The notes: a model not told the origin generated them from the sequence alone. Positions 34,569 through 43,445 are shown, counted from the first letter of the stretch. The stretch is 64,000 nucleotides of DNA from Rhodanobacteraceae bacterium (GCA_016713135.1 JADJPR010000015.1:29080-93079); one strand, 5' to 3'. A program made the numbers and translations.

Positions 34569-34796
34569 GGTTGTCGGTAGGCGGTTGTGTCGGCAGCAGC
34601 CGATGTGCCCTGAGCCCGTGGGAGCGGCTTCAGCCGCGATCTTTTCCCGGCGGCTGCTGGAGAAGATCGCCGACAGAGTCGGCTCCCACAGGTGTGTCGG
34701 TGTTCGAGCCTTGCTGCCCAGAACCCAGAACCCACAACCCACAACCCACAACCCACAACCCACAACCCACAACCCACAACCCACAACCCACAACCC
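34569..34796. repeat. Family-A element A4 with asymmetric arm expansion
   Basis: Degenerate left arm ggttgtcggtaggcggttgtgtcgg. REP doublet 34618-34689 (gtgggagcggcttcagccgcgatc ... gatcgccgacagagtcggctcccac). Right arm 34717-34796 is about 11 heptamers of CCCA(C/G)AA. Confidence 0.9.
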
Positions 34797-34876
34797 GGCT
34801 AGATCCTGCCCGCCATCCAATCCACCACCTCGGGCTGCCGGGCATACTTGGCCACTGAACCTCCCGGAACCCGCGC

Positions 34877-36235
34877 GTGACCGCAGCCCTCGACCAACCT
34901 CGCCGCCTTGGCCTGTGGAGCGCCTGTGCCATCGTCGTGGCGAACATGGTGGGTACGGGGGTGTTCTCGACCCTGAGCTACCAGGTGCATGCGCTGCCGG
35001 ATGAGCGCGCGATCCTGCTGTTGTGGGTGCTCGGCGGGATTTCGGCGCTGGCAGGCGCCTTGTGCTGTGCGGAGCTGGGTGCGGCGCGACCACGCTCTGG
35101 AGGCGAGTACGCGCTGCTGACGCAGCTGTTCCATCCGGCGGCGGGCTTCATCGCCGGCTGGATCTCGGTGGTCGCCGGATTTGCCGGGCCAATCGCCGCC
35201 GCCGCGCTCGCCTTTGCGGCCTATTTCGGCAAGTTATGGCCGGCTGCGGCGGCGGTGCCGATGTGGATCGCGATTGGCCTGGTGACCTTGATCAGCGCGC
35301 TGCACTTGCTGCGGGTGGAGATTGGCGCGCGCTTCCAGGTGATCACCACGCTGCTCAAGATCGTGGTGATGCTGGCGATCGTCGCCGCCGCGCTGCTGTT
35401 CGCGCCAGCACGCGAGCCGGCCACCGCCGATCTCGGTTCGGTGATCGCCAACCCGGCGTTTGCGGTCTCGCTGGTCTATGTGACCTACGCCTACCTCGGC
35501 TGGAACGCTGCGCTGTACGTGGCCGGCGAGGTGCGCGATCCGCAGCGCAGCCTGCCGCTGGCGCTGATCGCCAGCACCGCGCTGGTGACGCTGCTGTATG
35601 TCGCGGTCAACTGGGCCTTCCTCCGCCTGGTGCCTTTCGACGAGCTGGTGCGGGTCAATCCGGGTGCGATGACCGTGGACAACGAACTGGCGGTGGGTTT
35701 CCTCGCCGGGCGCGCACTGTTCGGCGAGCAGGGCGGGATGATCGTCGGCGGCGCGATTGCGTTCACCCTGATCTCCACGGTCAGCGCGATGGTGCTGGCC
35801 GGCCCGCGCGTGCTCGCGGCGATGGCCGAGGACTGGCGCCCATTCGCGCTGTTCGGCCGGCGCCACTCTGGCGGCTCGCCGCGCGCGGCGATCGCTTTCC
35901 AGTGGCTGCTGATCGTGCTCCTGCTGGCCACCGCGAGCTTCGAATTCGTGATCAACTTCATCGGCGTGTCGCTGACCCTGTTCAACATGGCAGTGATCGT
36001 CGGCTTCCTGCGCGACCGCGTGCGCCGACCGGACCTGCCGCGCCCCTTTCGCGCGCCCTTCGGCTGGACCTCAGGCCTGCTTTTCCTTGCCATCAACGGG
36101 TGGATGATCGTGTTCCTGTGCTTCAACGAACCCAAGGCTGTGCTGCTTTCCCTGGCATCCATCGCGGTCGCATTCGCGGCCTATTGGCCGTTGCGCCGGC
36201 ATGCGCCAACGCAAGCGGCCAAGGTGCCCGCATGA
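34877..36235 (+). CDS. APC-superfamily amino-acid permease
   Basis: 452 aa, about 12 TM helices. N-terminal VANMVGTGVF and AEL.......GGEY motifs. GTG start. Confidence 0.85.
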   Translation: MTAALDQPRRLGLWSACAIVVANMVGTGVFSTLSYQVHALPDERAILLLWVLGGISALAGALCCAELGAARPRSGGEYALLTQLFHPAAGFIAGWISVVAGFAGPIAAAALAFAAYFGKLWPAAAAVPMWIAIGLVTLISALHLLRVEIGARFQVITTLLKIVVMLAIVAAALLFAPAREPATADLGSVIANPAFAVSLVYVTYAYLGWNAALYVAGEVRDPQRSLPLALIASTALVTLLYVAVNWAFLRLVPFDELVRVNPGAMTVDNELAVGFLAGRALFGEQGGMIVGGAIAFTLISTVSAMVLAGPRVLAAMAEDWRPFALFGRRHSGGSPRAAIAFQWLLIVLLLATASFEFVINFIGVSLTLFNMAVIVGFLRDRVRRPDLPRPFRAPFGWTSGLLFLAINGWMIVFLCFNEPKAVLLSLASIAVAFAAYWPLRRHAPTQAAKVPA

Positions 36236-37398
36236 GGGCTGTCCGCGGTTTGTTTGGAGTCCTGCTCGCGCTGGCATCCGGCGCGACCCTGGCCATGGAT
36301 GTCTGCCCCGGCGCCGACCCGCGCGCCAGCTGGAACCAGGGCACGCTGAACGACACCGCGCGCATCCTCGCCGGGCTGCGTGCGCCACTCGAGTCCGATC
36401 TGGCGGAGGTGGTCGATCCGCGCGCGCTGGAGCGCCATCGCGACACCCTGGGCGCCAGTTGGGCGCAACTGCGCCAGCGTCAGCTCGAACCTGCTGCACG
36501 CTTCGCGCGCGAGGCGCTGGGACCCGTCGGCAGTGCGCCGCGACGCGTCTACTACCCCTTCAGCGGACCGGATGCACTGTACCTGCTGACCATGTTTCCG
36601 GACGCGCGCGCCTCCGTGCTGACTGGCCTGGAACCGGTTGGCAGCGTGCCCGATTTCAAGGGCCTGGATGCGCGGCAGATCGAGGCCGGGCTCGCGGAGG
36701 TGCGCAAGTCGCTGTACGCGATCCTCTCCTTCAGCTTCTTCCGCACCAACGATCTGACTGTCGACCTGCGCAAGAGCCGCTTCTCGGGGGTCACGCCGAT
36801 CCTGTTCGTGTTTCTCGCGGAAGCGGGCTACGCGGTATTCGACGTGCGCTATGTGCTGCTGCCGCCGGGCGGCGCGCTGTGCCAGGCGGATGCGGCGCAG
36901 ATCGGCAAGCCACCGGCGGGCCATCTGCCCGGGGTGGAGATCGAGTATTTCCACCCGGACGACGCCGATTTCCGCAAGCTGGTGTACTTCGCCGCGGACC
37001 TCGGCGACGGTGGCCTGAAGCGCACGCCGCAGTACATCGATTTCGTGACCGCCTTCGATGCCGACGCCACCTACCTCAAGAGCGCGTCCTACCTGATGTA
37101 CCGGCCATGGTTCTCGCAGGTGCGCAAGCTGATCCTCGATCACAGCGAGATCGTGCTGCAGGACGACTCGGGCATCCCGCACGCCTGGTTCCGCCCGGCG
37201 CTGTGGCAGGCCACGCTGTACGGCCGCTACGGCTCGCCGATCGCATTATTCAGCAACTGGACCCAGCCGGGGCTGCGCCAGGCGTACGCGGAGGGCGATC
37301 CGCAGCCGCTCGATTTCGGCATCGGCTACCGTCACCGGCGCAACGACAGCAACCTGCAGCTGTACCGCAAACGGCCCGAGGAACATGCGTCGCCGTGA
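36232..37398 (+). CDS. Secreted protein of unknown function
   Basis: ATGA overlap with the permease stop. Signal peptide MRAVRGLFGVLLALASGATLA. Conserved-looking blocks YYPFSGPD and YLKSASYLMY. No family recognised. Confidence 0.7.
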   Translation: MRAVRGLFGVLLALASGATLAMDVCPGADPRASWNQGTLNDTARILAGLRAPLESDLAEVVDPRALERHRDTLGASWAQLRQRQLEPAARFAREALGPVGSAPRRVYYPFSGPDALYLLTMFPDARASVLTGLEPVGSVPDFKGLDARQIEAGLAEVRKSLYAILSFSFFRTNDLTVDLRKSRFSGVTPILFVFLAEAGYAVFDVRYVLLPPGGALCQADAAQIGKPPAGHLPGVEIEYFHPDDADFRKLVYFAADLGDGGLKRTPQYIDFVTAFDADATYLKSASYLMYRPWFSQVRKLILDHSEIVLQDDSGIPHAWFRPALWQATLYGRYGSPIALFSNWTQPGLRQAYAEGDPQPLDFGIGYRHRRNDSNLQLYRKRPEEHASP

Positions 37399-38575
37399 GT
37401 GCCTTGCGGCGCTGCTCGCCGGCGCCGGATGGCCCTTCGGCCTGCGCGCCACGGAGTCGCTGGGCGCGTTGATCGGCGCCGCCGGCCCGGTTGCGCGACG
37501 GGTGCTAGCGGCGCGCGCGGCATACCAGCCACAAGTGCTGCTGACGCACTGCGTGCGCGACGGAAGCGCTTGGCGCGCGCAGGAGAGCGAGGCCTTCGGA
37601 CTGCGGTCGCGGCAATGGTTCGCGGCCGCCAGTTGGGTCAAGCTGCCGCTGGCCGGAGTGCTGCTGGAGGAACTGGATCGCCGCGGACTGGACATTGCGG
37701 CCGGCGCGCTGCGCCTGGAGGTCGATGGTGCGACTGCCTGCGCGCCGCTGCCCGCAGCGCAGGCAGGCGGATGGCGCCTCGATGCGCTGATGCAATCCAT
37801 GCTGGTGGTCAGCGACAACCTCGCCTACAACGCGCTGTACGAGCTGCTCGGCAGCGACGCGATCCACGCGCGACTGCGCGAACTTGGTTTTCCCGGGATC
37901 CGGATGGCGACGCGCCTGGGCTGCCCGCAGCCGCGCAGTCCGGGCAAGCTCGCCGCGCGCCTGCGTGACGCACGGGGCGCCGTGGTGTGGGAATCGCCGG
38001 CGCAGCTGCAGGAAACCTTCCAGCGCTTTCCGCATGGCAAGGCCCGCGCGGGGCGCGCCTGGGCTGAGGGCGGCCGCGTGATTCCTGGCGCGCACGATTT
38101 CAGCGACTCGAACTTCATCCCGCTGGCCGATGTGCACCACATGACGCTGGAGTTCGGCGGTCAGGTCGGCCTGTTGTTCGAACTCACCGCACCCACGCGT
38201 CGCTGGCTGGCCGACACACTTTCGCTGGTGCCGCGGCAAGCGGGCGGTCTGGGCGTGGAGCAGCGTGCGCTGCCCGACGATCATTCGAAGTGGCTGCTGC
38301 CGCTGGATGCCGCCGGCCATTTTCCAGCGCATCTGCGCATCCACAGCAAGAACGCGCAGTCCTACGGCTGGATTGGCGACAGCGCCTTCATCGTCGACGA
38401 ACAGGCTGGGCGCGCCTGTGCCCTCACGGCGCTGGTGTTCGTCGACCGCGATGGCGTGCTCAACGACGGCGCTTATGACTACGCTGGGACCGGCCGCCCG
38501 TTCCTGCGCGAAGTCGGCAGCGCGCTGTGGAAGGACGTCCGGGTGACGTTGAACGCTCCGACCGGGGCCGGTTAA
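37385..38575 (+). CDS. Class A beta-lactamase-like serine hydrolase, exported
   Basis: 14-nt overlap with the preceding gene. MRRRECLAALLAG is a possible Tat/Sec signal. S-x-x-K (ASWVK) and S-D-N (VVSDNLAYN) motifs. Confidence 0.7.
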   Translation: MRRRECLAALLAGAGWPFGLRATESLGALIGAAGPVARRVLAARAAYQPQVLLTHCVRDGSAWRAQESEAFGLRSRQWFAAASWVKLPLAGVLLEELDRRGLDIAAGALRLEVDGATACAPLPAAQAGGWRLDALMQSMLVVSDNLAYNALYELLGSDAIHARLRELGFPGIRMATRLGCPQPRSPGKLAARLRDARGAVVWESPAQLQETFQRFPHGKARAGRAWAEGGRVIPGAHDFSDSNFIPLADVHHMTLEFGGQVGLLFELTAPTRRWLADTLSLVPRQAGGLGVEQRALPDDHSKWLLPLDAAGHFPAHLRIHSKNAQSYGWIGDSAFIVDEQAGRACALTALVFVDRDGVLNDGAYDYAGTGRPFLREVGSALWKDVRVTLNAPTGAG

Positions 38576-38576
38576 A

Positions 38577-38710
38577 CGCGGAGACGCGGAGGGCGCGGAG
38601 AAAAGGCCGCGGAAAGCGTCTGGGAGTGGGCTCCAGGGAAATTCCGAAACGCTAGTGTGGTGTTCCGTAATTACCTTGAATTATTTCCGCGCCTTTTGCG
38701 CCGATGCGGC
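38577..38710. repeat. Element H1: (GCGGAGAC/GCGGAGGG)n arm with partner arm about 70 nt downstream
   Basis: acgcggagacgcggagggcgcggagaaaaggccgcggaaagcg (38576-38618). aaaaggccgcggaaa pairs with tttccgcgcctttt (38684-38697). Starts 1 nt after the hydrolase stop. Confidence 0.7.
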
Positions 38711-38890
38711 GTTGCTCGTCGTCGCCATAGCCCTGCTATGACCTCCGGTTCCGGCCCGCAACCAGTTGCGGGCGTTCAAGCCGGCGCGCGGCATGCCGCG
38801 CAAGCCGCCGGCTTTCACCCTCCTCTCGCCTTGCCTCGCCGCAAAATTCATCGGAAATTTCTTCAACTAAATTACGGAACACCACACTAG
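38652..38890. mobile_element. MITE-like element, 239 bp, perfect 21-bp terminal inverted repeats
   Basis: ctagtgtggtgttccgtaatt (38652-38672) is the exact reverse complement of aattacggaacaccacactag (38870-38890). Both ends carry CTAG. The interior has no ORF and is locally AT-richer. Confidence 0.55.
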
Positions 38891-38916
38891 GTGCCCTCTC
38901 GTGCAGGGGGCTGTCT

Positions 38917-39067
38917 GTGGGAGCGGCTTCAGCCGCGATCTTTTCCCTGCGGCGGCTGGAAAGGTCGCCGACAGAGTCGGCTCCCACAGGCTGGCGGTGT
39001 GCAGGCTCTGCTGCCCACAACCCACAACCCACAACCCACAACCCGCCCACAAACCCACAACCCGCCC
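38917..39067. repeat. Family-A element A5 (REP doublet plus right arm only)
   Basis: gtgggagcggcttcagccgcgatc...gtcgccgacagagtcggctcccac, then cccacaacccacaacccacaacccacaacccgcccacaaacccacaaccc (39014-39067). The left heptamer arm is missing next to the MITE-like element. Confidence 0.88.
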
Positions 39068-39158
39068 CGTGCATGTCCGCCCGCCACAGCGTTTCCCGTT
39101 CCCTGAAAGACCGGCCGCACCTGCGGCTGTCTGCGGCCAACCCGAACGGAGAAAGACC

Positions 39159-39572
39159 ATGTGGATCGTCGGATTGCTGATGCTGGTGGCGCTGGGCGTG
39201 CTCGGCGTGGCGTCGTGGTTGAAGTCGAAGAAGCCCGAGGCTGCGGGGCCGCTGGCACAGCTGGAGGGTGTTTCAGGTTGGGTGGGCCTGGTGGGCCTGG
39301 TCTGGGGCGTGTTCGGGCTGATCCAGTGGATCGGCGCGATGGGCGCGATCAGCGTGGCGCCGGTGATGATGCTGGTCGCGCTGGCCTCGGCGCTCGCGAT
39401 CATCGCGCTGTCGCTGATCCTGGCGATGCCGACGGTCAAGATCCTCGCCGGCAGCAATGGCTTCACCGTCGCACTGGAGCAGACCGCTGGCAAGCTCGGC
39501 CCGTTCAAGATGGTGCTCGGCTTCGTCTGCCTCGGGCTTGCGGCGTGGTCGCTGGTGATGCGGGTGGTGTGA
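39159..39572 (+). CDS. Small integral membrane protein (4 predicted TM helices), unknown function
   Basis: RBS ggaga 8 nt upstream of ATG 39159. MWIVGLLMLVALGVLGVASWL... The upstream part of ORF 38901.. is translated repeat A5. Confidence 0.65.
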   Translation: MWIVGLLMLVALGVLGVASWLKSKKPEAAGPLAQLEGVSGWVGLVGLVWGVFGLIQWIGAMGAISVAPVMMLVALASALAIIALSLILAMPTVKILAGSNGFTVALEQTAGKLGPFKMVLGFVCLGLAAWSLVMRVV

Positions 39573-39574
39573 TA

Positions 39575-39613
39575 GTGGTGAAAAGTGAAGAGTGAAAAGT
39601 GAAAAGTGAAACG
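39575..39613. repeat. Family-F half element F2: (GTGAAAA)n arm
   Basis: gtggtgaaaagtgaagagtgaaaagtgaaaagtgaaacg begins 2 nt after the stop codon. No complementary arm follows; instead it runs into a terminator hairpin. Confidence 0.8.
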
Positions 39614-39643
39614 AAAAGGGCGGCGCGATGCGCCGCCCTTTTC
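39614..39643. terminator. Bidirectional rho-independent terminator (membrane protein gene / fadA)
   Basis: aaaagggcggcgc-gat-gcgccgcccttttc: GC stem flanked by an A-run and a T-run, so it can act on both strands. Confidence 0.8.
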
Positions 39644-39665
39644 GGGTTGCAGCGATGTGCCTTGT

Positions 39666-40862
39666 TCAGACGCGCTCGATGATCCCGGCGAAGCCCATGC
39701 CGGTGCCGATGCACATGGTCACCATGCCGTACTTCTGCCCGGTGCGGCGCAGGCCGTGCACGACTGTTGCGGTGCGGATCGCGCCGGTGGCGCCCAGCGG
39801 GTGGCCGAGGGCGATGGCGCCGCCGAGCGGGTTGACCTTCGACGGATCCAGGCCCGAGTCGCGCATCACCGCCAGCGCCTGCGCGGCGAAGGCCTCGTTC
39901 AGCTCGATCCAGTCGATGTCGCCGATGGCAATTCCGGTCTGGCGGCAGACCTTCGGAATCGCTTCCTTGGGACCGATGCCCATGACTTCCGGGCGCACGC
40001 CGGCGACCGAGTAGCCGACCCAGCGGGCCAGCGGGGTCAGGCCGAATTCCTTAATCGCGCGCTCGCTCGCGAGCAGCACCGCGCCGGCGCCGTCGCTCAT
40101 CTGCGAGGAGTTGCCGGCGGTAACGCTGCCGCCTTGCTTGAACACCGCGCGCAGCTTGCCGAGCGCTTCGGCGGTGGTGTCCTTGCGCGGGCCTTCGTCA
40201 TTGCTGACCAGGCGGGTGTCGTCCTTGCGGCCGCGTGTGGCCAGGTCCGGGTAGTGGTCGTCCAACTGAAAGGGCAGGATCTCGGCCTTGAAGTGGCCGG
40301 CCTCGATCGCCGCGATCGCCTTCTGGTGCGAGGCGTAGGCGAACTGGTCCTGGTCCTCGCGCGAGACCTTCCACTCATCGGCGACGTTCTCGGCGGTGAT
40401 GCCCATGCCGTAGGCGATGGCGATGTTCTCGTCCTTGAAGAAGGCCGGGTTGAAGGCCGGGCGCACGCCCATCATCGGCACCATCGACATGCTCTCGGTG
40501 CCGCCGGCGAGCATCAGGTCGGACTCGCCGAGGCGGATGCGATCGGCCGCGAGCGCGACCGCCTGCGAGCCGGACGAGCAGAAGCGGTTGATGGTCATCG
40601 CCGACACGCTGTTCGGCAATCCGGCCATCAGCACGCCGATACGCGCCACGTTCATGCCCTGTTCGCCCTCCGGCATCGCGCAGCCGATGATGGCGTCGTC
40701 GATGCGCTTGGGGTCCACCCCGGGCGCCGCCGCGACCGCGCCGCGCAGCACGTGCGCGAGCAGGTCATCGGGGCGGGTGTTGCGGAACATTCCCTTCGGT
40801 GCCTTGCCCACCGGCGAACGCACGGCGGACACGATGTAGGCGTCTTGGATCTGGCGGGGCAT
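39666..40862 (-). CDS. fadA: Acetyl-CoA C-acyltransferase (3-ketoacyl-CoA thiolase)
   Basis: MPRQIQDAYIVSAVRSPVGKA.... Active-site NRFCSSG. C-terminal GLDPSKVNPLGGAIALGHPLGATG and CIGTGMG. Confidence 0.93.
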   Translation of the reverse strand: MPRQIQDAYIVSAVRSPVGKAPKGMFRNTRPDDLLAHVLRGAVAAAPGVDPKRIDDAIIGCAMPEGEQGMNVARIGVLMAGLPNSVSAMTINRFCSSGSQAVALAADRIRLGESDLMLAGGTESMSMVPMMGVRPAFNPAFFKDENIAIAYGMGITAENVADEWKVSREDQDQFAYASHQKAIAAIEAGHFKAEILPFQLDDHYPDLATRGRKDDTRLVSNDEGPRKDTTAEALGKLRAVFKQGGSVTAGNSSQMSDGAGAVLLASERAIKEFGLTPLARWVGYSVAGVRPEVMGIGPKEAIPKVCRQTGIAIGDIDWIELNEAFAAQALAVMRDSGLDPSKVNPLGGAIALGHPLGATGAIRTATVVHGLRRTGQKYGMVTMCIGTGMGFAGIIERV

Positions 40863-40969
40863 TTCTTGCGTCTCCGTTTGGAGGGCGAGGTGCGTCGGCG
40901 CACCTCGCCTTGTTGGTTGGTTTGTCGCGGAGCGGCTGGAAAACGGCCGCTCGCTGCGCTCGCTCAAAC

Positions 40970-41069
40970 GGAAAATGGAAAAGGGTAGAAGCAGAAGCGA
41001 AAAGCAGAAAACTCGCGCCGGGCAGCTTTCCCTTTTTCCATTTTCCCTTTCCCCTTTTCCTGCCTTTCC
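40970..41069. repeat. Element G1: purine-rich (GGAAAA-type) arm and pyrimidine-rich arm between the fadB-like gene and fadA
   Basis: ggaaaatggaaaaggg (40970-40985) pairs with ccctttttccattttcc (41031-41047). The pyrimidine tract continues to the fadB-like stop codon (41069-41071). Confidence 0.75.
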
Positions 41070-43445
41070 TAGTTCCTCAGCGGCTTCCCGTTCTGCATCG
41101 TGTACGCGATGCGGGCCTGGGTCTTGGGCATCTGCGCCAGGGCGACGAAATGCTTGCGCTCGAGGGTGAGCAGCCATTCCTCGTCGACTTCCGAACCTCG
41201 CTCGACCTCGCCGCCGCACAGCACGTTGGCGATGCGGGTGGCGACTTCGACGTCGTGCTCGGAGACGAATCCACCGGCCTGCATGTTGGTCAGCAGAGCG
41301 CGGATGGTTGCGATGCCGACGTCGCCGGCGACCCGAATGGCGCGCGGCGGCAATGGCGGGCGGTAGCCGGATTCGGCCATCGCGCGCGCCTCGTTCTTCG
41401 CCACGTACAGCAGCTCGTCCTTGTTGGCGATGATCAGATCGCCCGCACGCGCCAGCTTGAGTTCCCTTGGCTTCGTGCGCGCTGGTCGCGACCTTGGCCA
41501 TCGCGATGGTCTCGAACACGGTCTGGATCTGGCCGAAGACGTCGCCGCCGATCGCCGCATTGGCACAGCGCAGTGCGAATTCCTTGAGGCCGCCGCCGGC
41601 GGGGAGCAGGCCGACACCGGCCTCGACCAGGCCAACGTAGCTCTCCAGCGCGAACACGGTCTTGGCCGAATGCATCTGGAACTCGCAGCCGCCGCCGAAG
41701 GCCATGCCGCGCACCGCCGAGACCACCGGCACCAGCGAGTACTTGATGCGCTGGCTGGCGGCCTGGAAGCTGGCGACGATCTGCTCGAACTCATCCCACT
41801 TGCCGGCAGCCACCACCGGCAGCGCGTCCTTCAAGTCGGCGCCGGCCGAGAAGGGCTCTCGGGTCTGCCAGATCACCAGCGCCTTCCAGTTGCGCTCGGC
41901 TTCGTCGACGGCGCGGTTGACGCCCTCGAGGACGCTGGCGCCGATGGTGTTCATCTTGCTCTTGAACGACAGGATCGCGATGTCGTCGCCCTGGTGCCAC
42001 AGGCGCACGCCGTCGGTCTCGAAGATCGTGGTGCCCTGGTCGAAAGCTTCGGTGTAGATCGCGTCCGGGAAGTACTGGCGCTGGTACACCGGCAGCGAGG
42101 AGCGCGGGCGCAGTCCGTTGATCGACGGCGCAAACGAACCTTCCGCGGCGTGCACGCCGGCATCGCCGCGTGCCAGCACCCAGGCCGGAAGCGGCGCGTC
42201 CGACATGGTCTTGCCGTCGGCGATTTCCTCGGCGATCCACTGCGCCACCTGCGTCCAGCCCGCCTGCTGCCAGATCTCGAACGGGCCCTGGTCCCAGCCG
42301 TAGCCCCAGCGGATGGCGAAGTCCACGTCGCGCGCATTGTCGGCGATGTGTTCCAGCTGATAGGCGCAGTAGTGAAACAGGTCGCGGAAGCAGGACCACA
42401 TGAACTGCGCCTGCGGATCGCTGGACCCGCGCAGCGCGGCGAGGCGCGCGCCCCAGCCCTTCTGGCGCAGCGCGCCTTCGGCATCGGCGCTGGCCTCGGC
42501 ATTCGACGGCTTGTAGCTGCAGCTGGCGACGTCGAGGACCTCGATGACCTTGCCGTTCTTGCGGAAGAAGCCGGCCCCGGTCTTCTGCCCAAGCGCGCCC
42601 TGGGAGATCAGGCCCTTGAGCCACTCCGGCGCCTTGAAGTACTTGTGCCAGGGATCGTTCGGCAGGGTGTCGTCCATGGTCTTGATGACGTGCGCCATGG
42701 TGTCCAGGCCGACCACGTCGCTGGTGCGGTAGGTGGCGCTCTTCGGACGGCCGATCAGCGGCCCCGTCAGCGCATCGACCTCGTCGAAACCGAGGCCGAA
42801 AGCCTGCGTGTGGTGCATCGTCGCGGCGATCGAGAACACGCCGATGCGGTTGCCGATGAAGTTCGGCGTGTCCTTGGCGCGCACCACGCGCTTGCCCAGC
42901 GTGGTGGTGACGTAGGACTCGAGCTTGTCCATCGTGGCCGGGTCGGTGCTCGCGGTCGGGATCAGCTCGACCAGGAACATGTAGCGCGGCGGGTTGAAGA
43001 AATGAATGCCGCAGAAGCGCGGACGCAGTGCCTCGGGCAGCGCTTCGGAGAGCGCGGTGATCGACAGGCCGGAGGTGTTGCTGGCGAGGATCGCGCGCTC
43101 GCTGATGTAGGGCGCGATCTTCTCGTACAGCGAGCGCTTGATGTCCATGCGCTCGGCGACTGCCTCGATGATCAGATCGCAGCCGCGAAGCAGTTCGAGG
43201 TGGTCGTCGTAGTTGGCACCGACGATCTCGGCGGGCACACCCTTGGTCGCCACCGGCGACGGGCTGAGCTTGCCCAGGTTGGCGATCGCCTTGTCGACCA
43301 GGCCGTTGCGCGGACCTTCCTTGGCGGGAAGCTCGAACAGGACGGCGGGGACGCCGGAATTGACCAGGTGAGCGGCGATCTGCGCGCCCATCACGCCGGC
43401 GCCGAGGACGGCGGCCTTGCGGACGAGAAGCTTGTTCTCAGGCAT
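41069..43445 (-). pseudogene. Fused 3-hydroxyacyl-CoA dehydrogenase / enoyl-CoA hydratase (about 791 aa, FadB-like), frame broken by a 1-nt insertion at 41464-41466
   Basis: N-terminus MPENKLLVRKAAVLGAGVMGAQIA (NAD-binding) through ...MAKVATSAHEAK in one frame. The homologous continuation ELKLARAGDLIIANKDELLYVAK...QNGKPLRN is in ORF 41069..41794. The junction is aag-g-gaa (CCC run on the + strand). 2377 nt minus 1 gives 792 codons. Confidence 0.85.

Noticed and set aside
30276-35093. 1605-aa ORF on the minus strand
   Set aside because: It is antisense to the lysC/lysA fusion and the PP-loop gene, which have clear homology and proper GC3 usage. It also reads through repeats A4, B2 and C1. Shadow ORF.
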